Shown here: one piece after another, positions 30,231 through 39,263 of the stretch | Position numbering within the stretch: position 1 is the stretch's first letter | How the letters are laid out: each line of letters starts with the position of its first letter | Origin: an uncultured Myxococcales bacterium | Lineage (GTDB): Bacteria > Myxococcota_A > UBA9042 | Direction: 5' to 3' | NCBI GenBank assembly: GCA_903929795.1 | Contig: CAIYWC010000179.1 | Location: 539-64,538, forward strand | Length of the DNA: 64,000 nt | Translations under genes and position numbers: made by a program | Notes under the pieces: generated by a model | The model's input: the letters and a program-made list of their open reading frames with translations, nothing else | Told to the model about the DNA's origin: nothing | Databases searched by the model: none

Positions 30231-32249
30231 ATGCTGCAGCTTCAGAGCATCGCCAAGTCCTTTGGCCGTCAAGCGCTTTTTGCCAACATCCAGTGGCAAA
30301 TCAAGCCGAAGTGCTGCTATGGCCTGGTCGGGCCGAACGGTGCGGGCAAGACGACGCTGCTGCGAATCCTTGCGGGCGAACTGCCACCGGATGCGGGCGG
30401 CATCGTGCGGCCCAAGCAGTACACGATCGGCTTTTTGGCGCAGGAAATGGAGGAATTCGGCGACGGCTCTGTGCTGCAGACGGTGCTGTCCGGGATGCCG
30501 GGCTGGATCGCCGCGCGCGATGCGCTGACGCGGGTCCACGAGCGCATGGCGCACGACCACGCGTATGGCCAGTCCGAGCAGGCGTTGGCGGACCTGGACG
30601 CGGCGCAGACGAAATTCGAACGGCTTGGCGGCGAGGACGTGCCGGTGCGGGCGCAGCAGGCGCTCGGCGGCCTCGGTTTTACCCGTGAGCAAGCGGAGTT
30701 GCCGGCGCGCGCGCTGTCGGGCGGCTGGCGCATGCGCGCGGCGCTGGCACGGCTGCTGGTGCTGTCCCCGGATCTGCTGCTGCTGGATGAGCCGACCAAT
30801 CACCTGGACTTCGAGTCGCTGGCCTGGTTCGAGAATTTTCTGGAAGCGTACCAAGGCGCGATCGTCGCAGTCAGCCACGACCGCTATTTCCTGAACCGCG
30901 TACCCAGCCACATTGTTGAATTGACACCGAAAGGCGTGTTCGAACACGTTGGCGGCTACGAGGATTTTCTGGAAGGCAAGGCGCTGCGGCTGGAACAGCA
31001 GGACGCGGCCAAGGCGAAAGTCGACAAGCAGCGCGCGCATCTGCAGCATTTCGTCGACCGCTTTCGCGCCAAGGCGAGCAAGGCCAAGCAGGCGCAATCG
31101 CGCATGAAAATGCTGGCCAAGCTGGAAAACGTGGACGTGGAAGGCGACGCGGGCAGCATCACGCTGCGCTTTGCCGAGCCGCCGCGGACCGGCAAGGAGG
31201 TCATCCGCCTGGAGCACGTGACCAAGGCCTGGGGCCAAAACGTGGTCTACACGGACCTGAGCACGACGATTTGGCGCGGCGACAAGGTCGCGCTGGTGGG
31301 ACCGAACGGCGCGGGCAAGTCGACTTTGCTGAAGATTCTCGCGGGGGTGACCGACATCCAGGCCGGTGAGCTGATCTACGGCGCGGGCGTGAAGACCGAC
31401 TACTACGCGCAGCATCAGCTGGAGCAGCTGGATCCGGCGAGCAGCGTCATCGACGAAGCGCGGCGCGCGGCGGCGAGCGATGCGACGATTTCCAGCGTGC
31501 GCGGCCTGCTGGGATCGCTGCGGTTTTCCGGACAGATGGTCGACAAGAAGATCGCGGTGCTCTCCGGCGGCGAGAAAGCCCGCGTGGCGCTTGCGAAAAT
31601 GGTGCTGCGTCAGCCGAACGTGCTGCTGCTGGACGAGCCGACCAATCACCTGGATCTGGTCAGCCGCGAGGTGCTGGAAGACGCGCTGGCGGCGTTTCCG
31701 GGCACGGCGGTGCTGGTCAGCCACGACCGCTATTTCATCAACGCGGTGGCAACCCACGTGCTGGAAGTCCAGCCTGGCGGCCAAACGACGCTGTACCCCG
31801 GCGATTATGATGCCTATTTGTACCGCAAGAGCGGCGGTGATCCGCTGGTGATTGAGCGCCTGCTGCGCGGTGAGCTGGTGCTGGACCGCGAGCCGGGACG
31901 CGCGGCGCCGCCGGTCGCGGGGCTGGGCACGGGCGAGACGCGCGCGGACGACAAGGCGCGCAAACGCGAGGCGGCGGAGCGGCGCAATGAGCTCAGCCGG
32001 CGGACCAAGCCGCTGCGGGAACGGCTGGTGGCGCTGGAGGCGGAGATCGCCCAAGCGGAAGCGCGGCTGGCGGCGATCGCGACGGCGCAGCTCGATCCCG
32101 AGCTCTACGCGGACGGCGAGCGCGTGCGGACGCTGCAAATCGCGCAGGCGGGGCTCCAGGCGACGGTCGACGGAGCGATGGCGAAGTGGGAAGATCTGGC
32201 GCTGCGGATTGAGGCGATCGAGTCGGAACTCGGCGAATCTGCGGCATAA
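30231..32249 (+). CDS. ABC-F family ATPase (Uup/YheS-like, two NBDs plus C-terminal coiled coil, no TMD)
   Basis: Two Walker A motifs (GPNGAGKTTLL; GPNGAGKSTLL), two ABC signatures (LSGGWRMRAALA; LSGGEKARVALA), and an inter-domain linker. Lies 10 bp downstream of the giant lipoprotein gene. Confidence 0.85.
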   Translation: MLQLQSIAKSFGRQALFANIQWQIKPKCCYGLVGPNGAGKTTLLRILAGELPPDAGGIVRPKQYTIGFLAQEMEEFGDGSVLQTVLSGMPGWIAARDALTRVHERMAHDHAYGQSEQALADLDAAQTKFERLGGEDVPVRAQQALGGLGFTREQAELPARALSGGWRMRAALARLLVLSPDLLLLDEPTNHLDFESLAWFENFLEAYQGAIVAVSHDRYFLNRVPSHIVELTPKGVFEHVGGYEDFLEGKALRLEQQDAAKAKVDKQRAHLQHFVDRFRAKASKAKQAQSRMKMLAKLENVDVEGDAGSITLRFAEPPRTGKEVIRLEHVTKAWGQNVVYTDLSTTIWRGDKVALVGPNGAGKSTLLKILAGVTDIQAGELIYGAGVKTDYYAQHQLEQLDPASSVIDEARRAAASDATISSVRGLLGSLRFSGQMVDKKIAVLSGGEKARVALAKMVLRQPNVLLLDEPTNHLDLVSREVLEDALAAFPGTAVLVSHDRYFINAVATHVLEVQPGGQTTLYPGDYDAYLYRKSGGDPLVIERLLRGELVLDREPGRAAPPVAGLGTGETRADDKARKREAAERRNELSRRTKPLRERLVALEAEIAQAEARLAAIATAQLDPELYADGERVRTLQIAQAGLQATVDGAMAKWEDLALRIEAIESELGESAA

Positions 32250-32258
32250 GGACGACTG

Positions 32259-33683
32259 ATGGGCAAAGTGGCGTTGGGGATGGTGGCTTGCCTGCTGGTG
32301 GGCTGCGCGACCGGGGCGGTGCGCCAAACCCGTGTGTCGCCGTTGGCGCCGTACCGGGACGTCAAGGCCGTGCGCGTGGTCGCGACGGAGCCAGGCTCGC
32401 GGATGGCGGCTGAGCTTGTCGCGGGCGCGCGGGCGGGGCTGCCGCGCGCGGGCTGGCGGATGGCCAACGAGGGCGAGCCGGCGTACACGCTGGAGCTCGA
32501 CATCGCCGAGGCGCAGACACCGGTGGCGGCGCAGGCGTCGTTCCGCGATCAAATCTTGAGCGGTTTGGCGACGTTTGGTGGTTTTCGCGACGCGGATCGC
32601 GGACTGCTCGCGGTGGAAGCCACGCTGCGCGGGCCGGATGGCGGCGCGACGCTGGGCGCGTCACGGTGGCAGGCCATCGGGGCGCCGGCGAGCCTCGCAG
32701 GCATCGCGGGCCTGGATCTGGGCGAAGCGGTGGGCAAGGCGATGCACGTCCAGGAAGCCGAGTGGTATCCGCGCCGCGCCGCCGACGAGCGGCTGTTCTT
32801 TACGCCAACGGCGCGCACGGTACCCGACGGCGCCTTCGTGCTGAGCGACGACGAAGCCCTGCTGCTCCGCGTGGCCTACGGCGTCACGCGCCGCCTGCAG
32901 CTCGACTTGTGGGTCGGCGGCCTGCCCGTCCCGGCGTTCGGCGGCGGCGCCCTGCCCTTGCCCGGCGCGATCGTCGCGGGCGGCGGCGCCGGACTCGCGC
33001 TTTTTGGCCTGTTCGACATCGGCGCCAAGTTTGTCGCACTGGAAGAGACCCGCACGCGCCCCGGCATCGCGATCTCGTACGACATGCTTGACGTTTTCGG
33101 CTCGGCCGTCGGCGGCGGCGGCGGGGTCGGCATCGGCGGCAGCGGCCTGGGCGGCGCGGGCTTTGTCGGAACCGGCGGCGCCAACGCGCAGTTCAACCTG
33201 TTCACGCTCACCGCCGGCAAGCACTTCAGCACCGGCACGCAGGTCACGCTGGGCGGCTGGCTCCTGGACAACCACAACATCTTGCCGCAGAGCGCGAGCT
33301 TCACGGCGGCGTGCGGGGTCGCCGGTAGCAACGGCGTCAGCGGCGGCGCGGCGATGACCAAGTGCAGCGGCGGCACGGACCTGGCGCATCTTCCCCTGCA
33401 ATTTCAAGGCTTTTTCGGCGTGGAGCAGGCCTTCGACGAGCACTGGTCGGCGGCGGTCGAAGTGCTGCCGCGTTACCCGATCAGCAACACGATGTGGACG
33501 ACCGGCGTGCGCTGGCTGCCGGGCGGCGACGCGCCAGCGGGCTTCGTCGCACTGGACCGCATCAAGGCGCGCATCGACCTCGCGCTGGCGTGGATGATCC
33601 TGGACGCGAATCCCGCCGCAGGGCGCCAGAGCGCAATTCCGGTGTATTTTCCATGGATTGGCGTCGGGCTTTACGTGTGGTGA
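32259..33683 (+). CDS. Gly-rich lipoprotein, possible outer-membrane beta-barrel (ends ...GVGLYVW)
   Basis: Lipobox MVACLLVGC. Alternating hydrophobic pattern and C-terminal aromatic residue typical of OM beta-barrels. No family assignment. Confidence 0.5.
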   Translation: MGKVALGMVACLLVGCATGAVRQTRVSPLAPYRDVKAVRVVATEPGSRMAAELVAGARAGLPRAGWRMANEGEPAYTLELDIAEAQTPVAAQASFRDQILSGLATFGGFRDADRGLLAVEATLRGPDGGATLGASRWQAIGAPASLAGIAGLDLGEAVGKAMHVQEAEWYPRRAADERLFFTPTARTVPDGAFVLSDDEALLLRVAYGVTRRLQLDLWVGGLPVPAFGGGALPLPGAIVAGGGAGLALFGLFDIGAKFVALEETRTRPGIAISYDMLDVFGSAVGGGGGVGIGGSGLGGAGFVGTGGANAQFNLFTLTAGKHFSTGTQVTLGGWLLDNHNILPQSASFTAACGVAGSNGVSGGAAMTKCSGGTDLAHLPLQFQGFFGVEQAFDEHWSAAVEVLPRYPISNTMWTTGVRWLPGGDAPAGFVALDRIKARIDLALAWMILDANPAAGRQSAIPVYFPWIGVGLYVW

Positions 33684-35296
33684 CCGCCGCGGCGCCGGAC
33701 CCACAGGACCGCGCAGGCGAGCAACGCGCCCCAGCAGCAGCCGCTCGGTGCGCCCCGGCCAGCGCCACAGCCCGTTGACGCTGCGCCGCCGCCGAGGAAT
33801 TTGACGTCGGACTTGCTGCCGTCGCCGGTCAAGCCCTTGCCGTCCGCGCTGGTGGTGATGTCGTTGGCGAGCTTCGCGTCGGCGAGCGCGTCGCCCGGGC
33901 CGATCACCGTGTCGCCGGCCTGGCTGGCGCTGTCCTTGGCGACGCTCCCGTCGCTGCTGCCGGCGTCCGGAACGCTGGCCGTGTTCATGCACAAGCCCTG
34001 GTAGCACACGAGCCCGGCGGCGCAGCTCTTGTCGGCGGCCCAGGCGAGGCAGCCGCTGGTCTTCTGGCACGTGTGGTACGTCGTCGGGCTGGCGCATTCG
34101 CTGGCGTAGAGCTTGACGCAGGTGTCGGTGCACGCACCGCCGGCGGCGCACGCGCTGTTGACGCACTTCAGGCCGCTGCTGCACGGGCAGTCGACGCAGC
34201 ACGTCTGGTTGGATTCGTCGCCCGCGCACTGGCCATCGCCGCAGACCGAGAGGCACTTGTGGTCGGGCTGGCACTGCTGGCCGCCGATGCAGTCCGCGCT
34301 CTTGTTGCATTGCACGCACGTGCCGGTCGCGAGGTCGCAGACGTTGGGGCATTCGCTGTCGGTAGTGCAGCCGCCGGAGCCACCGGAGCCGGCGTCGAAC
34401 GCGAAGATGTCCCAGTTGAACGCGTCCGCTGCGCAGGTACCGCAATCCGCGGCGCACGTGCTGCAGGTCTCGCCGCCGTTGCACGCGCCGTCGCCGCAGA
34501 CCGCCGCGCAGTTGCCGCAATCCGCTGGGCAGCCGCTGCAGGTTTCCGTGGCGTCGCAAGTGCCGTCGCCGCACACGGGGCCGCTGGGACCGGTCGCCGC
34601 GCCGCCGGCGAAGCTCTGGAGCGACGCGAGGTCGCCGTTCCACAGGTTCATGTCGCACGCACCGCTGACGCCCGCCGCGGTGCCGGTGTCGCTGTATTGC
34701 CAGATCGCCCAGGTACTCCATGGCGTCGGGATGCTCGGGCAACAGTTGGTGCAATACGTTGATTCCCACAGCGGAAAGCCCGCTTGCGCCGCGCTGCTCA
34801 CGTCCGGATCCCAGAACCAGTCGCCCGTGTAGACAATCGGCGCGACGCCCAGCTGGGCTTGCACGTAATCGACCCACTGCTGCACCGCCGCTTCCACGTC
34901 CGCCGGCGCCAGGCCGCCGGTTGCTTCCACGTCCAGCGTCGGCGGCAGCATGCCAGCCTCGAGCGGCCCCATTTTTTGCAGCAGGATGTCGGCCTGGGCG
35001 ATGGGATCCTGCGCAGGCTCGAAGTACTGGTACGCGCCGCGCACGAGACCGGCCGCCTTCATTGCCGGCCAGTAGCTGTCAAACCACGTGTCCAGGTACG
35101 TGCCGTCGCTGACGCGCGCAATCGCGAATTGCTGCTCACTGGCGACTTGGCTCCAGTCGATCGCGCCTTGCCATTTGGACACGTCGATGCCCGGCGTCGT
35201 GGCGCCGACAGCGCAGACCGTCGAACCGGCCGAAGCCGTTGACGCCCACAGGCTTGCCGCGAAGCCGACGCACCGCATGACCGTGTGCCGCTTCAT
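33671..35296 (-). CDS. GH25 family lysozyme (muramidase) with Cys-rich repeats and C-terminal MYXO-CTERM-like sorting tail
   Basis: Signal peptide MKRHTVMRCVGFAASLWASTASA. GH25 N-terminal motif GIDVSKWQGAIDW...RVSDG. CGDGxC-type Cys repeats. C-terminus GCGAGRGAPSGCCWGALLACAVLWVRRRGGHHT (Gly/Cys, hydrophobic helix, Arg cluster). Confidence 0.75.
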   Translation of the reverse strand: MKRHTVMRCVGFAASLWASTASAGSTVCAVGATTPGIDVSKWQGAIDWSQVASEQQFAIARVSDGTYLDTWFDSYWPAMKAAGLVRGAYQYFEPAQDPIAQADILLQKMGPLEAGMLPPTLDVEATGGLAPADVEAAVQQWVDYVQAQLGVAPIVYTGDWFWDPDVSSAAQAGFPLWESTYCTNCCPSIPTPWSTWAIWQYSDTGTAAGVSGACDMNLWNGDLASLQSFAGGAATGPSGPVCGDGTCDATETCSGCPADCGNCAAVCGDGACNGGETCSTCAADCGTCAADAFNWDIFAFDAGSGGSGGCTTDSECPNVCDLATGTCVQCNKSADCIGGQQCQPDHKCLSVCGDGQCAGDESNQTCCVDCPCSSGLKCVNSACAAGGACTDTCVKLYASECASPTTYHTCQKTSGCLAWAADKSCAAGLVCYQGLCMNTASVPDAGSSDGSVAKDSASQAGDTVIGPGDALADAKLANDITTSADGKGLTGDGSKSDVKFLGGGAASTGCGAGRGAPSGCCWGALLACAVLWVRRRGGHHT

Positions 35297-35796
35297 CGGC
35301 GACCGCCCGCACGCGTCGCTTGCAGGAGCGCCCGGACCTCCGGCGCGCGATCGGCGCGGTCGAAGGCAAAATCGGCCGCCAGCTCCAGCTCGCCCTGGGC
35401 ATTTTTCTTGAGGAAAACCAAAACGTTTTGCCGCGGATTCGGCTCGCGCGACAGCTGACCCCGGTACCGCGCGACAGGCAGCGGCTGGCAGTGCGTCTGC
35501 TCCCGGCAGGTGCGGCGCTGGGCCAGTTGCGCCGCCCAGGCCGGCTCGTCCACGCGCAGCTGGCTCGGCGCCTGACCGCGCAACGCCGCGAGCAGCTCGA
35601 GGTGTCGGCGCAGCCGCTGGAACGGCCGCCCCGGCGCACCCGGTACCGGCAAATCCTGAACGTCCAGCCGCGGATCCGCGACGCGCGCGAGCACGATGAT
35701 CGGCGCCTGCGCGACCATCGCCGGCAAGTCCAGCTCCGCAGCGTGCGGCACCTCCACGCCGGCGAGCAGCGTCACGACAGCCCAGAACAGCGGCAT
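35293..35796 (-). CDS. Hypothetical secreted protein (167 aa), stop-start coupled to the GH25 lysozyme gene
   Basis: Signal peptide MPLFWAVVTLLAGVEVPHA. ATGA overlap with the downstream lysozyme gene. No known family. Confidence 0.45.
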   Translation of the reverse strand: MPLFWAVVTLLAGVEVPHAAELDLPAMVAQAPIIVLARVADPRLDVQDLPVPGAPGRPFQRLRRHLELLAALRGQAPSQLRVDEPAWAAQLAQRRTCREQTHCQPLPVARYRGQLSREPNPRQNVLVFLKKNAQGELELAADFAFDRADRAPEVRALLQATRAGGRR

Positions 35797-35834
35797 CCGG
35801 TCCTCGTTCAGCCCACGCGCTGGGCAGCGAAAGT

Positions 35835-35844
35835 ATTCGCGAAT
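35835..35844. promoter_or_regulatory. Perfect 10-bp palindrome ATTCGCGAAT 38 bp upstream of the 35796 start (candidate operator)
   Basis: Read directly from the sequence. Located in the 100-bp intergenic region upstream of the secreted-protein/lysozyme operon. Confidence 0.25.
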
Positions 35845-35898
35845 GGCCGCGGTTTGTCCAAGCGATTCTCGGCAGTGCAGCCCTACGCAACTGACCGG

Positions 35899-36855
35899 CT
35901 AGTGGCTGAACAGCTCAGTGGAGAAGTACCGCTCCATGCGGTCGGCAAAAACCGTCACGACCTGGGCGCCTGCGCCCAGCTCGCGGGCGATCTGCTCCGC
36001 CGCGCAGAAGTTCAGCCCGGTTGAGGGTCCGACTGGAAAACCTTTGCGAATCAAGGCGCGAGTCGTCTGCAGCGCCGCTTCCTCGTCGATGTCCAGCTCG
36101 CGCAGGCCGGGCAGCGCCGCGTGGGTGTAGAGCTTGCTGATACCGTCGACGACGCCGGGCACGCGCGTGGAGAAGCTGCAGCACTCGATTTCCGTGTGCG
36201 CGCCGCCGCCACCGATGCGCACCGGCCGCGCGGCGACGGGAATGGTCGGGCAGCCGGCCTGGGCGAACGCGTGGTGGAGCCCAACGATCGTCCCGCCGGT
36301 GCCAACGCCGCTGACGACCGCGTGGACCATGCCATGCGGAATTTGCGAGAGAATTTCCTGACCTGTCCAGAGCCGGTGCGCTTCCGCGTTGTCCGGGTTC
36401 TCAAACTGCCGCGTGTGAAGCGCGCCGTGCTGTTTGGCATACCGCTCGGCTGTGTCGATGGCGCCGCGGATGCTAGACTCACGAGATACCAGAATAATTT
36501 CAGCGCCATAAGCGCGAATCATCAGCACGCGCTCCTGGCTCACGCCCTCGGGCATGACGGCGACAAACCGCAGACCCATCTGCGCGCACGTCAGCGCGAG
36601 CGCGATGCTTGTCGAGCCGGACGACGCCTCCACGACCGTGCCGCCTTCGCACAACTCCCCGGTTCTCCAAGCTTTTTCCAGCATGTAGCGGGCGATCCGG
36701 TCCTTGGTCGAACCGGACGGATTGAGGAATTCCAGCTTGCACCATACCAGCGGCGCGTCGCGGGTCAGCTGCACCGGCACGAGCGGTGTCGGCCCGCAAA
36801 GGTTCAGGAATCTGCCCAGTTGCGGCAAAGGATTGAAGACGACGGCGTTGGACAT
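35899..36855 (-). CDS. PLP-dependent cysteine synthase family protein (CysK/CysM-like)
   Basis: PLP-lysine motif NPSGSTKDRIA, glycine-rich loop GVGTGGTIVG, and fold-type II beta-family layout. Start chosen at MSNAVVF. Confidence 0.8.
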   Translation of the reverse strand: MSNAVVFNPLPQLGRFLNLCGPTPLVPVQLTRDAPLVWCKLEFLNPSGSTKDRIARYMLEKAWRTGELCEGGTVVEASSGSTSIALALTCAQMGLRFVAVMPEGVSQERVLMIRAYGAEIILVSRESSIRGAIDTAERYAKQHGALHTRQFENPDNAEAHRLWTGQEILSQIPHGMVHAVVSGVGTGGTIVGLHHAFAQAGCPTIPVAARPVRIGGGGAHTEIECCSFSTRVPGVVDGISKLYTHAALPGLRELDIDEEAALQTTRALIRKGFPVGPSTGLNFCAAEQIARELGAGAQVVTVFADRMERYFSTELFSH

Positions 36856-36962
36856 GTGGCACCCCGCGCGGAGGATCGCAAAGGGACTCGCGAACGGCAA
36901 GCGCGGGCGAATTTTGCGCGCCGTCCACAGGTCCGGTACGGTAACGGCGGACCTTTGCGGGG

Positions 36963-38135
36963 ATGACAGACATGGCGGGACAATCGGGGCGTGCCGCGGC
37001 AGTGGCGCTGGCGTGGGTGGTTTGCGCAGCGTGCGGCAGCGCGAAGGCGAGCGGGACAGATGCGGAGACGGCCGACGCAATCGCCGATGCGCCAAGCGAT
37101 ACGACCGCGACTGTTCGGGCGGATCTGACCTGGCCGCCGGACAAGGCCGGGCCATTTCAGGTTGGATATCGAAATGTTGCGCTGACGTACGTGCCGGCAC
37201 CCGATGGCGTGACGCGGACCATCCAGATCAACGTCTGGTATCCGACGCAGGACCAAACCGGCACGCCCGCGGTCTATTTTGCCGCGCTGCCGACGCCGCA
37301 CCCGGATGTGTTTCAGGACGCGTCGCTGGCGCCACCGGTCGATCCGTCGGGCTATCCGGTTCACGAATTTACCCATGGCCACTTGGGCTTTGGCGGTTCT
37401 GCGCCGTACATGGTCCGGCATTTTGCCTCGCACGGGTGGGTCGTGATCGCGCCGGATCACACCGGCAACACGCTGATCAACAACGCCGATCCGCGCCCGC
37501 CGGCGATCTACTGGTGGCGCGAGACCGACGACGTGGCGTGCCTTGACTGGCTCGAGCACCTGCCGCCCTCCGATCCGCTGCATGGCAAGGCGCGCACCAA
37601 CCGCGTCTTCCTCTCCGGCCACAGCTTTGGCAGCACCGACGTCTGGGCGCTCAGCGGCGTTCCCTATGATTTCGAGCTGATCCAGGCCAACTGCGCCGCG
37701 GGCAAACAAGACATCGACTGTGCCCAAGTCGCGATGGACAAGTACCAAGCTGGCTTCACGGACAAGCGAATCGTCGGCGCGGCTCAGCTGGCGGGCGGCG
37801 TCGATTCCGGCGTCTTCGCGCCCGACGCGCCGACCGCGGAGACGCTGCCGCTGCTGATGATGACCGGCACGGCCGATCCCGATCACCCATCCGCGCCGCT
37901 GTGGGATCCGCTGCCGCACGGCTGGTGGGTGGAAATCACCGGCGCGTGCCACCAGACTTTCGGCTTGGGCGACTGCGATCCGCCGATGACGGCCGACGTC
38001 GGCACGCCGATCGTGTGGACGTACACGCTCGCGCTGGCGCGCAAGGTGGTGCTGGGCGACACGGGCGCGCAGGTCGCGGCCATTCTGGACGGCACAACGC
38101 AGGTCTCGCCGCTCGCGGCTTTGCAGAAAAAGTAG
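36963..38135 (+). CDS. Alpha/beta-hydrolase lipoprotein (PAF-acetylhydrolase/dienelactone-hydrolase-like, GHSFG nucleophile elbow)
   Basis: Lipobox ...LAWVVCAACGS. Nucleophile motif LSGHSFGSTD. The a/b-hydrolase core order is inferred. Confidence 0.65.
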   Translation: MTDMAGQSGRAAAVALAWVVCAACGSAKASGTDAETADAIADAPSDTTATVRADLTWPPDKAGPFQVGYRNVALTYVPAPDGVTRTIQINVWYPTQDQTGTPAVYFAALPTPHPDVFQDASLAPPVDPSGYPVHEFTHGHLGFGGSAPYMVRHFASHGWVVIAPDHTGNTLINNADPRPPAIYWWRETDDVACLDWLEHLPPSDPLHGKARTNRVFLSGHSFGSTDVWALSGVPYDFELIQANCAAGKQDIDCAQVAMDKYQAGFTDKRIVGAAQLAGGVDSGVFAPDAPTAETLPLLMMTGTADPDHPSAPLWDPLPHGWWVEITGACHQTFGLGDCDPPMTADVGTPIVWTYTLALARKVVLGDTGAQVAAILDGTTQVSPLAALQKK

Positions 38136-38213
38136 CGGTTCCGCGCCCATCGACAGCGCTCAGGGCTGACGGTGCGGCGCCGGAGGGTGTGAGATCAAGA
38201 CTGCTGATTTCGT

Positions 38214-39164
38214 CTACCTTTTTTGCAGCTGCGCCGTCAGCCGCGGCAGGAGGCCCGACAGCCCGCGGTGGTTCATCGTCAGCACGAGGTCGCCGCTCTG
38301 GCGGTAGTGAATCGTCGTGTCGTGGTCGACCTCGCTGCCGCCCCAGATCACGATCAGCCCGCGCGCCGCTTGCGCCCGCTTGCTTTCGCCGGGCCGCTTG
38401 CGGCTCACGACGTCCAGCTCAAACGCCGGCTTGATTTCGCGGTGCAGCAACCGCAACGCCTCGCGGTACGACGGTGAGCCGCCGATGAACGTGACGCTGG
38501 GCAGCTGCGCCGCGGTGGTCGCTTGGGCAAACGCGCGATACGCGCCGCGCAGATCGGAGCCGCCGCACAGCTCGCAGCGCTCCGCCGCGACCGTCAGGAC
38601 GACCGTCTCGCCGTTGGGCTGGCACAGCGCCGCGCCGCAGAGCAGCGCCAACCGGTCGTTCAGCAACTGCGCCAGCGGCTGCGGGTCCACGGCCATGACG
38701 GCGTGGAGCAGCGCCTGCGGTTGGTGCGCCGCCAACAGCCCCAGCGCGTCGAGCACCTCGGCTTTGGTCAGTCCGCGCTCCGTCCACAGGGCCGTCTTGT
38801 CCGCCGCCTTCAGCGCGAATTCCAGTGCAATAACAAGGTCTTTTGCCTCAGCCGCGCGCTTGTCCGCCAGCCGGCGCTCGCGGTCCAACTGCTCCTGTGC
38901 GGCGTGCGCCGCTTGCAGGGACGCCCGCAGCGCCTGCACCTCCGCCTCGGCCTGCCGCAGCGCGGCCTGCTGCGCCGCATGTTCTGACCGCAGCGCCACG
39001 AGCCGCAGATCCTCGGGCGGTGGCGCCGGCACCGTGCGCACGGGCGGAGGCGAACGCGGCACGGCCACCGGCTTGGCAACCGCGCCTACTTCCTTGCGTT
39101 TTTCCTGCAGAAACGCGCCCAGCAAGGCGTCGTCGGGCGTCTGGTCGAGCTTTTTCATCGGCAT
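38214..39164 (-). CDS. Hypothetical protein: Pro-rich segment, Ala/Gln coiled coil, C-terminal domain with a C-x4-C...C-x2-C pair
   Basis: No family recognised. ...LCGAALCQPNGETVVLTVAAERCELCGG suggests a zinc-ribbon-like element. Divergent from eutB. Confidence 0.5.
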   Translation of the reverse strand: MPMKKLDQTPDDALLGAFLQEKRKEVGAVAKPVAVPRSPPPVRTVPAPPPEDLRLVALRSEHAAQQAALRQAEAEVQALRASLQAAHAAQEQLDRERRLADKRAAEAKDLVIALEFALKAADKTALWTERGLTKAEVLDALGLLAAHQPQALLHAVMAVDPQPLAQLLNDRLALLCGAALCQPNGETVVLTVAAERCELCGGSDLRGAYRAFAQATTAAQLPSVTFIGGSPSYREALRLLHREIKPAFELDVVSRKRPGESKRAQAARGLIVIWGGSEVDHDTTIHYRQSGDLVLTMNHRGLSGLLPRLTAQLQKR

Positions 39165-39263
39165 CTCCAGCCCTGCACGCTACGGTTGAACGCGCGGCGC
39201 GGCAAGCTTCGACCGCCGGAGCGCGCTCTTCCCGAATCGCGGACGGCGCCGTACACTTGCGCC

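Noticed and set aside
30231-32249. ABC-F protein as an exporter for the adjacent giant lipoprotein
   Set aside because: It has two NBDs with no transmembrane domain and a C-terminal coiled coil, which is the ABC-F (ribosome-associated) architecture, not an exporter.
28626-32552. 1,308-aa - strand ORF spanning the giant lipoprotein, ABC-F and lipoprotein genes
   Set aside because: A Arg-rich product antisense to three well-supported + strand genes. No domains.
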